64,000 bases of DNA from Parcubacteria bacterium C7867-004 (lineage in GTDB: Bacteria; Patescibacteriota; Minisyncoccia; Phycocordibacterales; Phycocordibacteraceae), in NCBI GenBank assembly GCA_001189075.1, contig LFCN01000006.1, positions 524,866 to 588,865 on the forward strand, written 5' to 3'. Of the stretch, positions 37,248 through 46,477 are shown one piece after another. The notes below the pieces were generated by a model. That model was given only the letters and a program-made list of their open reading frames with translations. It was not told where the DNA came from and did no database searches. The first letter of the stretch is position 1. Each line of letters begins with the position of its first letter. The position numbers and the translations under genes are program-made.

Positions 37248-38644
37248 AGTTTTCGTACTATACCCGTGTTCGCATCCACCTCAACCAGGTCGCCATCCTT
37301 AAAGACCTGCGTGGCATTCTTGGTTCCGATGATGCACGGAATCTTGAGCTCCCTGCTCACGATGGCTGCGTGGGAAGTAATGCCGCCCTCGTTCGTTACG
37401 ATTGCTCCCGACAGCTTCATGAGCGGCAGGAACTCGGGACGGGTCATCGACGTGATTAGAATTTCACCTTTCTGAAATGAAGCTGCCTTCGAGTCATTGA
37501 AATCAAGAAGTATGCGCGCTCGGCCGGTTGCAGTTCCTTTCGAGGCTATGACTCCCTTTATCTCGGTTACTTCATCAGAGCGCATGGTTTCAGCATACGC
37601 GCTCTCTACCATCCCCCAGTACTCCTCTGCCTCCGGACCGAAAGCGTAGGTAAACTCATTATCCGGTGTCATATGCACGAAAATCCCCTCTCGGTACTGT
37701 CGCTCGATGTCAGGCGCAGTGAGTCTTCCCGAGAGAACATCGGGTATCTGGCTCGGCAGGAGCGCATTGGCGTATGCAAGCGGAATGTCGTTGCGACGGA
37801 GTATCTCTCGCTTGATCTTCACGAGACCGTACAGTCCAACGTAATTCAGCTTCTTGCGATCATCCCTCCACGTCGTGAGCGTACGGAAAAGCGCAAGAGG
37901 ATTCTCCTCGAGCCCGTACCGGACAAGAATCTCCTTCTCTTCTTCAAGTGGAGAATGGAATGCGGCAGCATGACGGTTAGCGAGCGCTTCATCGATGAAT
38001 GCATCATCGACTTCAACGAGGTCAGAATAGCTCACGCCATACCAATAGAATTCGTCCCGCAGCTCTTCCTGGGTCATATCTCCCTCTGCAACCTTCTCGA
38101 GCGCGAACTCCCAAGCAGTTATGAACGATGGAATAAGGGGCGTCGTAAGCGTCTGAATCTCTTCCTCGGAAAAGCCGAACTCAGAGGAAATCCGCTCCAT
38201 CTCTATGCGGTCTGCACCGATGTCGAAAGCATCGATGAAGATAGAAAGGGACCACATTTTCATATCGAGTGCGAACATGCGCTCGTAGCAGTCCATGAGC
38301 TCTTTGTCAGAAAGTGGCTCCATGTCCTTCCCGACGAGCGTCTTTGATTCAAGAAGTATCTCTTTTTCAATCTGTTCCCACTCTTCCTGCCAAGTCTCTG
38401 GGAATCCTGCTGCACACAAATCGAGGACGGCACGAGTGATGGCTTCAAGATTCTTCTCGTAATAACTCACACGGAAATATCCCTCCTTATAGAACAACCA
38501 GACTTCTTTGAAGTTAACTGGCACATGGTCCAGCATCGGAGTGGCCATCGTGTAGTAAGGAAACATCACCTGATACATGCCGACAGCCGCCTCCTGACGG
38601 TACAGCGGCTCATTTGGTCGTATGACGATTGGTTTTCCCTTCAT
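37244..38644 (-). CDS. Variable N-terminal domain + PEP-utilizer phospho-His swivel domain
   Basis: VTNEGGITSHAAIVSRE; start ATG 38644. Confidence 0.88.
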   Translation of the reverse strand: MKGKPIVIRPNEPLYRQEAAVGMYQVMFPYYTMATPMLDHVPVNFKEVWLFYKEGYFRVSYYEKNLEAITRAVLDLCAAGFPETWQEEWEQIEKEILLESKTLVGKDMEPLSDKELMDCYERMFALDMKMWSLSIFIDAFDIGADRIEMERISSEFGFSEEEIQTLTTPLIPSFITAWEFALEKVAEGDMTQEELRDEFYWYGVSYSDLVEVDDAFIDEALANRHAAAFHSPLEEEKEILVRYGLEENPLALFRTLTTWRDDRKKLNYVGLYGLVKIKREILRRNDIPLAYANALLPSQIPDVLSGRLTAPDIERQYREGIFVHMTPDNEFTYAFGPEAEEYWGMVESAYAETMRSDEVTEIKGVIASKGTATGRARILLDFNDSKAASFQKGEILITSMTRPEFLPLMKLSGAIVTNEGGITSHAAIVSRELKIPCIIGTKNATQVFKDGDLVEVDANTGIVRKL

Positions 38645-38654
38645 GTCGCTTTCT

Positions 38655-41600
38655 CTACGCAATGATACGAACCGTTCCAGTGTCCGCATCCACTTCAACC
38701 ATATCGCCATCTTTCAGCACCTGCGTCGCATTTTTGGTCCCGACGATGCACGGCACCTTGAGCTCACGCGACGCGATCGCCGCATGACACGTCATGCCTC
38801 CCTCGTCGGTTACCACCGCACCTGCTATTTTCATGATCGCCACGTAGTCAGGGTTGGTCATTTCCGTTACGAGTATCTCTCCTTTTTGGAAGGCGTTCAT
38901 ATCCGCGAAGGTGGAGACTTTCCGCACTATTCCGCTCGCCTTCCCTTTGTACGCAGTGGCGCCTTGTGTCTCCGTTACCGATTCTGAAGCGAGTTCCTCG
39001 AACACAAGCCCATGACGAGCGAGCTCGCTTTCCAGATCACGAAGCGGATAGACGTTCTCGTCGATCATCACGCAGCCCTCCGCGCGGTCCTTGATACGAG
39101 CAAGGATCGATTCATCACCAGCGCGAGCGAGCGCGACCGCTTCGTCCGGCGTTACGTAGGGCGCAAGTTCGGCAAGATCGGGAAAACGCTGCTTCCAGAA
39201 GCCGGTCATGAGCTTGCTCATCTGTTCGGTATATTTCTCTGATACCGCGCGATACGAGAGGATGAGATCCTTTGCCTCTTGGGGAGCATCGGGGTCATCA
39301 GGAATCTCGAATGCGGCGCTCATGCCTGACCACCAGCGAACGAGGTGCTCGTAGTAGTCCTCGAGGTCCTCCCCGGACTCTATAGTTTTCTCTTCGGAAA
39401 GGTACGGCATGAGAGCGGGCCAATGCATATCAAGACGCTCCTTGAGCCGTACCATGAGGGTTGGGTCCTCGGCGAGCGTCCGCTTGCGAATCGCCGACAA
39501 TTCTTCCCAGTCTTTTGCGTCATACCAGACCGCTCCCTTGCCGTGACCGGCAGGAACGACGAACACGGCATGCGCCAGCTCATGTGCGTAAAAATCCTTG
39601 AACCCGAGACGATCGCTGTCATTCCAGAGCTGGAAATAGAAGAGTGGCTTCTCGCGTGAGAATACCTTTGAAAGTACGACTTCTTGTTCGGTAAAGCTCT
39701 TGAGGATACGGACGATTCCTGCATCTGCGTCTACCTCGACCAGGTCGCCGTCCTTAAACACCTGCGTACCGATCTTGGTGCCGATGATGCACGGCTTTTT
39801 CATCTCTCGTGACACAATAGCGGCGTGGGAGGTTATACCGCCGAGGTCCGTTACGAATGCCGCTGCCTTGCCCATAGCGGGGATGAAGTCAGGGGTTGTT
39901 TCGGGAGCAAAGAGAATCATTCCCTGCTCTACCTTCTTCGCATCCTGTGGCGTGAGAACCACAACAGCAATTCCTTGTGCCTTGCCGCGATTGGCCGAGC
40001 TGCCCGTGACTTCTGTTACCCCCTCATGCTGTTCTTCGGATAGAAAGACTTGTAAGCACGCATCAAGTTTCTCGCCGGAGAGAATAGTGAGATTGTCGTT
40101 CTCATCTTTGTAGATACCGACCTTCTTCACTCGCTCCTTGAGGTCTGATGCAGGTATGCTTCCGGTTGTCGCCAACTCCCGTATCTCGCTGAAGGAAAGG
40201 AAGATGACCTCTTCGTAGCTGAGACCGACACCTTGCGCTAGACGCGTAAGAAACGATCGCCACGCATATGCTAGCCGTGCGCAGCTCTGCGCGCACTCAA
40301 GTCTGACTTGTGCGCCCCGGCCAGCAGCAGCCAGAACATGCGAAAGTTCTGGGTATGGATCAGAGGCTGTAGCTTCGTGTGATGGTTCGGCCTTTGAAAG
40401 CGCTTCCATAAACGCGGGCATGGAACGGGAGTCACCCCAGAAGTGATGCGTACCGAGGTATTCAGTATTCTGCTGATATTCGGCGAGACGACTCGCTAGC
40501 CCAGCGTCCTGCTGCTGTATTGCATCCATGTCGAACGGAAGCTTCTTCTCTTCAAGCTCTTTCCTGAAGTCGGTTAAAGCATCTTGATCGCGGGTTACGG
40601 AGCTTGGGAATTGCGGCAGGGCTGCGCCAATATCATCAGCTGCAAGATTGTGAGCCTTCGCATACTCTCCGATCATTCCGTCTGCGGCGGCGCCTATAGA
40701 GAAGCAGGACCACCACGGGAATCGGAGACGGCGCATCAGATTGTAGTCTTTCTCAAACTGCTCGATACTGTCATGCGAGCCAGCCTCTCCCGCACGATGC
40801 ACGCACTCTTCTGAAAGTTCGTTTGCGATAGCAAGTATGGAATCGGCGTACGTAGTACTTCCCGCTTCGAATTCGCTGCGGACCTTGTCCGTGATACGTG
40901 CATACGCGCCATCGGTACGAACAAAGTAGTGCCCATCGAAACTTAAGACTCCGGGATTGGGATCAGACGTAACGCCGAGCACTGCGGCTTCTGGGCTACG
41001 GCTCCAGTCAAGCCACAGCTCCATCTCAATGGTTGGCGCCACCCATCTTCCGAACTTGGTATAGAGGGAAGGGTCAGGAAACCTGTCGGTGTGAATTTCA
41101 GTCGGTGCAGCGGAATTAAAATCCTCCGAGAGCGTGGTTATTGGTCTGCTCTGCGTTATGTAAATATCGCTCCCCTCCATCGCCCACTCGATATCGCAGG
41201 GGAATCCGTAATGCTTCTCGATACCGATGACGGTTTCCGAGAGTGCGAGAATCTGCTCGTCTGAGAGCACTTGATCAGTACCTTTTGGCGTATCGCGCCA
41301 TTCGTTGCCTCCGCCTTCCTTGCGGAAGAGTCCGCGCTCTTGGTCCGCGAGATTCTTATCGATGATCTCGCGCGGCTCTTTGGTTATAACGTATGAGTCC
41401 GGCGTGATCTGCCCCGACACCACCGCCTCGCCGAGTCCGAACCCTGCCTCGATGATGAGCTGATTGCGATCTTCGGTTACCGGATGCACCGAGAACGCGA
41501 TGCCGGCCGCGTCGCTGTTCACCATCTTCTGCACGACAACGGCTACCGATATCTTCTGCGTATCGAGTCCCTTCTCGAATCGATAGAAGATAGCGCGCGG

Positions 41601-42062
41601 AGTGAAGAGCGATGCCCAGCACTCCTGCACTTTCTCAAGCACGGTGGCTTCGGTGGTGTTGAGGTACGTATCGAGCTGTCCGGCCCATGCGGCGGTCGCT
41701 CCGTCCTCTGCAGTCGCTGATGAGCGCACCGCGACGAATTCGGTATCGAGTTTCTTGAATGCCGCCATGACCTCGATCTTGATGTCTTCCGGCATGGCAG
41801 CCTGAAGAATGAGTCCTTGGATCATCTCCGACGCGTGCTCCACTGTATGCATCTCCTCGTGCGATACCGTTGCAAGGATCGCATCTATCTCAACATTCAA
41901 GTGCGTCTCCTCGATGAACCGCTCGAAGGTGTCGGCGAGAATGACATACCCGGGAGGGACTGGGATGCCCGCCTGTGTCATCTCTCCTAGGGACGCGCCT
42001 TTCCCACCGGCTATCGGCGCATCGTTCCTCCCTATCCGCCCGAACTCGCGGATGAGCTCCAT
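38655..42062 (-). CDS. PEP synthase/PPDK-type ATP-grasp domain fused to two (variable domain + His swivel) modules
   Basis: GGKGASLGEM, VAVRSSATAED..AWAGQ, GFGLGEAVVSG..TPD, DIEWA, QSRPIT; GGITSHAAIVSRE and GGMTCHAAIASRE; no pyruvate-binding TIM barrel. Confidence 0.9.
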   Translation of the reverse strand: MELIREFGRIGRNDAPIAGGKGASLGEMTQAGIPVPPGYVILADTFERFIEETHLNVEIDAILATVSHEEMHTVEHASEMIQGLILQAAMPEDIKIEVMAAFKKLDTEFVAVRSSATAEDGATAAWAGQLDTYLNTTEATVLEKVQECWASLFTPRAIFYRFEKGLDTQKISVAVVVQKMVNSDAAGIAFSVHPVTEDRNQLIIEAGFGLGEAVVSGQITPDSYVITKEPREIIDKNLADQERGLFRKEGGGNEWRDTPKGTDQVLSDEQILALSETVIGIEKHYGFPCDIEWAMEGSDIYITQSRPITTLSEDFNSAAPTEIHTDRFPDPSLYTKFGRWVAPTIEMELWLDWSRSPEAAVLGVTSDPNPGVLSFDGHYFVRTDGAYARITDKVRSEFEAGSTTYADSILAIANELSEECVHRAGEAGSHDSIEQFEKDYNLMRRLRFPWWSCFSIGAAADGMIGEYAKAHNLAADDIGAALPQFPSSVTRDQDALTDFRKELEEKKLPFDMDAIQQQDAGLASRLAEYQQNTEYLGTHHFWGDSRSMPAFMEALSKAEPSHEATASDPYPELSHVLAAAGRGAQVRLECAQSCARLAYAWRSFLTRLAQGVGLSYEEVIFLSFSEIRELATTGSIPASDLKERVKKVGIYKDENDNLTILSGEKLDACLQVFLSEEQHEGVTEVTGSSANRGKAQGIAVVVLTPQDAKKVEQGMILFAPETTPDFIPAMGKAAAFVTDLGGITSHAAIVSREMKKPCIIGTKIGTQVFKDGDLVEVDADAGIVRILKSFTEQEVVLSKVFSREKPLFYFQLWNDSDRLGFKDFYAHELAHAVFVVPAGHGKGAVWYDAKDWEELSAIRKRTLAEDPTLMVRLKERLDMHWPALMPYLSEEKTIESGEDLEDYYEHLVRWWSGMSAAFEIPDDPDAPQEAKDLILSYRAVSEKYTEQMSKLMTGFWKQRFPDLAELAPYVTPDEAVALARAGDESILARIKDRAEGCVMIDENVYPLRDLESELARHGLVFEELASESVTETQGATAYKGKASGIVRKVSTFADMNAFQKGEILVTEMTNPDYVAIMKIAGAVVTDEGGMTCHAAIASRELKVPCIVGTKNATQVLKDGDMVEVDADTGTVRIIA

Positions 42063-42205
42063 ATGCCTGCACGATAGCATGATTCCTTCATGTTTCTAGG
42101 CTGTTTTACATGATTTGACAAAGTAATATAAAAGATTCATACTATACTTTAGATAGCGCGTGGATCCTCCCGCTCTATTTCCCCACAGAAACAGAAAGGG
42201 TCGCT

Positions 42206-42985
42206 GTGCGCGCTCAACAAGCTCTTCACAATCTGCTTTCCACCACCGCAGCGTTCGCTCTTCTCGCCTTCGCAGCTCCGGCGATCGCAAAAGAAGGGTG
42301 CTCCAACACCAGCTACGGCGGCGCATACAACCAGTACGACTACCAGGACATCGGGCGCATCGGCAGCAAGAACGCCGTCACCCAGAACGGCCACACCGAT
42401 CTGTGCGGCCCCTGGAAGTTCGACGGCTGGTTCTCGGCTGGCAAGCGCGACGAGTTCCGCGGTGCGAACGAGGTCGACCTTACCGTCGCCTACACGCACT
42501 CGGTCAAGGAGTCGCCGATCGGACCGATCGTCATCGAAGGAACGGCTTCGGTCTACTTCTTCGAGTTCAACAGCTTCAAATCGCTCAAGGACGACGCCTA
42601 CGATCTGCACGTCGATGCTTCCCGACCCATCAAGGTCGGCAGCGCGACGGTCAGTCCGTTCCTGCGCTACACGCGCATCGGGTTCCTGAACGGCAATCGC
42701 AGCCTCAACCTCATCCGTCCGGGTGTCCGTGTGAACGGCCCCCTGTCTGACACGGTGTCCTACGCCGTCGACGCCTCAGTGTCGATGAACCGCACCTATC
42801 GCGAAGACATTGCCCGGGCTCAGGGCGACCTGATTTGGGATGTCGGCCAGAAGGACCACTGGAAGCTCGGCGCCCGCGCCAAACTCACCGAGGTCACCCG
42901 GGTCAAGATCACCCGTGTCGAGGGTGTGGTGTTCGAGCAAAAGCCTCGGCTCATGTTCGGCCTGACCTGGAGCTATAGCCACTAG
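42206..42985 (+). CDS. Secreted beta-strand-rich protein resembling an outer-membrane barrel
   Basis: TTGACA(42115)-17-CATACT promoter; signal peptide; EVDLTVAY, alternating aromatic strands, C-terminal FGLTWSYSH; terminator at about 43011-43040. Confidence 0.6.
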   Translation: MRAQQALHNLLSTTAAFALLAFAAPAIAKEGCSNTSYGGAYNQYDYQDIGRIGSKNAVTQNGHTDLCGPWKFDGWFSAGKRDEFRGANEVDLTVAYTHSVKESPIGPIVIEGTASVYFFEFNSFKSLKDDAYDLHVDASRPIKVGSATVSPFLRYTRIGFLNGNRSLNLIRPGVRVNGPLSDTVSYAVDASVSMNRTYREDIARAQGDLIWDVGQKDHWKLGARAKLTEVTRVKITRVEGVVFEQKPRLMFGLTWSYSH

Positions 42986-43056
42986 ACCGCCGGCCGCTGA
43001 AAGCAGAACGGACCCCACGCGCTTGCGCCTGGGGTCTTTTCTTATTTCATACTTCC

Positions 43057-44067
43057 CTACTTCTTCGAGATGATGCTCTTCTTGTAGGTGTCGAGATGCT
43101 TGAGCGCGATGCCGGTTCCGCGCGCGACGCAGAAGTACGCGTCATCAGCGAGCGTTGCGGTTACGCCGGTGCGGCGATACACGAGCTCGGGGAGATTGCG
43201 GAGCTGTGACGTTCCTCCGGTAAGAATGATGCCGTTGTCGATGATGTCGCTTGCGAGCTCGGGCGGCGTATCCTGCAGCACCTTGCGCACCGCGTTCATC
43301 ATCTCGCGCAGCTCGCGGTTGAGCGCCTGCACCACTTCGTTCGTGCGCAACTCGATAGTGCGCGGAAGACCCGAGACCAGGTCCTGTCCCTTAACGAGCA
43401 TCATGAGCTCTTCGGTAACCGGTACGGCAGAACCGATCGTTATCTTGATCTCTTCTGCGGTCTTGTCTCCTATTGAAAGGTTGTACTGCTTCTTCAGGTA
43501 ATCGATAATCGAGCGGTCAAGCTTGTTGCCTGCGACCTTCACCGAAGTAGAGGCGACGATGCCGCCGAGCGAGATCACCGCGACGTCTATCGTTCCTCCG
43601 CCGATGTCAGCGACCATGCGTCCGAGCGCTTCTTGGATAGGAATGCCTGCGCCGATGGCCGCGAGTATCGGCTCCTTCACCACGTACGCATCCGACGCTC
43701 CCGCTTTCACCGCCGCTTCGATAACCGCGCGCTTCTCAGTCGAAGTGACGCCGGCAGGTACCGAGACGAGCACGACCGGCTTGAAGATATTGCGACCGAG
43801 CGCTTTGCGTATGAAATAGCGGAGCATCGCTTCGGTGACGCGGTAGTCGGCGATGACGCCGTCCTTCATGGGGCGGTATGCCTGGATACCGTCCGGCGTG
43901 CGGCCCACCATCGCTTTGGCTTCCGTACCTATCGCGAGCACCTTGTTCGTCTCGGTGGAGACCGCGACAACCGACGGCTCGTTCAGCACCACTCCCTTCC
44001 CGGGCACGAACACGAGCACGTTGGTTGTACCCAGGTCGATGCCGATGCGTGGAGAGAAGAATGACAT
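43057..44067 (-). CDS. mreB: Rod shape-determining protein MreB/Mbl (copy 2)
   Basis: IGIDLGTTN, EPSVVA, RPMKDGVIAD, DIGGGT, LTGG. Confidence 0.95.
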   Translation of the reverse strand: MSFFSPRIGIDLGTTNVLVFVPGKGVVLNEPSVVAVSTETNKVLAIGTEAKAMVGRTPDGIQAYRPMKDGVIADYRVTEAMLRYFIRKALGRNIFKPVVLVSVPAGVTSTEKRAVIEAAVKAGASDAYVVKEPILAAIGAGIPIQEALGRMVADIGGGTIDVAVISLGGIVASTSVKVAGNKLDRSIIDYLKKQYNLSIGDKTAEEIKITIGSAVPVTEELMMLVKGQDLVSGLPRTIELRTNEVVQALNRELREMMNAVRKVLQDTPPELASDIIDNGIILTGGTSQLRNLPELVYRRTGVTATLADDAYFCVARGTGIALKHLDTYKKSIISKK

Positions 44068-44174
44068 GTGTCGCCGTATCATACCGCGTGCGGTCCCTTG
44101 CGTGCAAAACACGCTTCCTAAGGGGCGCTATGCACGGTATCCATAGAAGGTACGGGGGTATAGAATACCCACAC

Positions 44175-45485
44175 ATGCCAAAGCCTGATGAAATCAATTT
44201 CAAGGTAGAGGGCGGACATCCCTTGTCCGGAACCGTTGTTACCAGCCGCTCCAAGAACGGCGCGGTTGCCCTTCTTGCTGCCTCTCTCCTTAACAAAGGT
44301 ACGACCACTCTCAAGCGCGTCCCGAAGATCGAAGAGGTCCACCGCCTCATCGAAGTACTGCGCTCCATCGGTGTGTCCGTCGAGTGGAACGACCGCGATG
44401 TCATCATCATCCCGCCCGAGACTATCTCGCTCGAGACTATCGACCGCGAGGCTGCAGTGCGCACCCGCAGCATTCTCATGTTCATCGGTCCCCTGCTCCA
44501 TCATTTCCCCTCCTTCGATATTCCGCAGTCCGGCGGTTGCGACTTCGGCCGCCGCTCAGTTCGTCCGCACCTCTGGGCACTCGAGCGATTCGGCGTCGCG
44601 ATTGACACGCAGACCGATAAGTTCCAGATCTCGCATGACGGACTCGCGCCTGCGGAAGTTGTGCTCTATGAGTCGAGCGATACCGCAACCATCAATTCCC
44701 TCTTCGCGGCCGCAGGAATCGAAGGCACGAGTGTGATCAAGTACGCCTCCGCCAACTACCAGGTGCAGGAAGTCTGCGGCTATCTGCAGGCGCTGGGCAT
44801 AGATATCAAGGGACTCGGTACGACAACACTCACCGTTACCGGAAACACCGATATTCGAACCGACATCTCCTACGCGGTAGCAGAAGACCCGACTGACGCC
44901 ATGTTCTTCATAGCGCTGGCTGCGACCACCAACTCCTCACTCACGATACGCAACGTCCCTATCGAGTTCCTCGAGGTTGAGCTCGCGGTACTTGAGAAGA
45001 TGGGCCTTACGTTCAACGTCTCGGACTCAGGCGTCTCTGAGAATGGCATCACGAAGCTTGCCGATGTAAGTATCGAACCCTCCACACTTACCGCCTTCCC
45101 CGAGCGCATCCATCCGCGCCCGTACCCAGGTCTCAATATCGATAACCTGCCCTTCTTCGCGGTTATCGCTACCCAAGCTGAAGGCGACACGCTCATTCAT
45201 GATTGGGTCTACGAGAAGCGCGCCATCTATTACACTGAGCTCGATCGTCTCGGCGCCGAAACACTCCTCCTTGATCCGCATCGCATCCAGATAAGCGGTC
45301 CAAAGAAGCTCCGTGGCGCCGATATCATCGCTCCTCCGGCACTCCGCCCGGCGACCATCCTCCTCATTGCCATGCTCGCTGCACGCGGGAAGTCCATGCT
45401 GCGCAATGTCTACATCGTGAACCGCGGCTACGAAGACCTCGCAACCCGCCTCCAAGCAATCGGGGCAAAGGTCGAGCAGGTCTAG
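44175..45485 (+). CDS. murA: UDP-N-acetylglucosamine 1-carboxyvinyltransferase
   Basis: SKNGAV, SGGCDFGRR (catalytic Cys), PYPG, RGYE; start ATG 44175. Confidence 0.93.
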   Translation: MPKPDEINFKVEGGHPLSGTVVTSRSKNGAVALLAASLLNKGTTTLKRVPKIEEVHRLIEVLRSIGVSVEWNDRDVIIIPPETISLETIDREAAVRTRSILMFIGPLLHHFPSFDIPQSGGCDFGRRSVRPHLWALERFGVAIDTQTDKFQISHDGLAPAEVVLYESSDTATINSLFAAAGIEGTSVIKYASANYQVQEVCGYLQALGIDIKGLGTTTLTVTGNTDIRTDISYAVAEDPTDAMFFIALAATTNSSLTIRNVPIEFLEVELAVLEKMGLTFNVSDSGVSENGITKLADVSIEPSTLTAFPERIHPRPYPGLNIDNLPFFAVIATQAEGDTLIHDWVYEKRAIYYTELDRLGAETLLLDPHRIQISGPKKLRGADIIAPPALRPATILLIAMLAARGKSMLRNVYIVNRGYEDLATRLQAIGAKVEQV

Positions 45486-45553
45486 AAGGTACGCGTTTGA
45501 GGCGGATTCCTTTCCGCCCCGCTCACCAAAGCTTTCTTTGCTACTATTAGCGT

Positions 45554-45844
45554 ATGAAGCGAATCGGCGACCTCATCCCTACGCCCGCTGCCGAAGAGCC
45601 CAAGTCCCGCAAGACGGAGCGTGGCGAGCTCATGCGCTTCTTTCAGCGCCATCTCAATCACGCCCGCAGTCAAGACGGGCTTCCTAAGCTCACCATGGGC
45701 CGCATCGGCAAGGAGCTCGAAGGCATCCCGACCGACGACCTCTATTACCTCAAGACCGTCTGTAGCCAGGCGAAGAACTTCAGCAAGAAGTTCTGGTGGG
45801 AGATCGATCCCAAGAAGCACGAGAAATCAGACCAGCCCTTTTAG
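45554..45844 (+). CDS. Hypothetical small basic protein
   Basis: 96-aa ORF; TACTAT 6 nt before ATG. Confidence 0.7.
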   Translation: MKRIGDLIPTPAAEEPKSRKTERGELMRFFQRHLNHARSQDGLPKLTMGRIGKELEGIPTDDLYYLKTVCSQAKNFSKKFWWEIDPKKHEKSDQPF

Positions 45845-45879
45845 GTCATTGACGATTATGCGTAATGCGACTATACAGA

Positions 45880-46460
45880 TACCTACGCGACTCGCTTCCG
45901 CCACCTGAGTCGCGCGCGCGGGACGGTGATCATCCCGGTCATGGGCTTAAGTGTCCCCTCCCACTTACCCCGCCCGTCCCGCGTTCTTTTCCTTTCGAGC
46001 ATCGGTACTCCCGGTGCTTTTCTTTTTGCATAGCGACTATTGACAGAAGATGAGGCTGGGATGAATATGCGAATGCCACGTCGACCGGAAGTTCTACAGG
46101 CCCCGGAAGATTGGCATGGGCGCGTTCGAGACCTGAACTCCCTCGATCGCGATAGAGCGTCTCGCGAACACACACTCGCGACATCGCTGGTTCAGGAGGG
46201 GGTCTCCTGAACCACGTGCCGCCAGCTCGACTCAGCTCCGATCCCTTGGCCGGGCTGCGTGGGCAAGGAGCCAATCGTGCTGGCGGCACCCCCGCTCTTT
46301 TCAATTCGAACTCCCGAGGAGGCTCTCCAGCACCCAACGCTCCTCGGCGGGCGTCACCTCTTAGTGAATACCATCAGACTTTCCCCGAGTCTGCCTGGTT
46401 CACCCAAAGAGGTGACGCCCACTCTCATCCGACCGGACCCTTGTGGCCCGGTCTTTTTCT
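45880..46460 (+). ncRNA. Candidate structured non-coding RNA(s) of unknown class
   Basis: Two promoter-like elements (TTGACG 45849/TATACA 45872; TTGACA 46040), six perfect 8-14 bp helices, two terminators, no convincing ORF. Confidence 0.5.
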
Positions 46461-46477
46461 TTTGCTATAGTTCTTGC

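Noticed and set aside
38655-42062. Annotation as ordinary phosphoenolpyruvate synthase (ppsA)
   Set aside because: No C-terminal pyruvate-binding barrel; domain order differs and the His domain is duplicated
46095-46117. CAGGCCCCGGAAG resembling SRP RNA domain IV
   Set aside because: Lacks the GGAAGCAG half and the symmetric stem
46370-46395. GGAAAGTC on the minus strand resembling RNase P CR-I
   Set aside because: It is part of a local hairpin, and no matching 3' P4 strand (ACAGAA..CGGCTTA-like) was found
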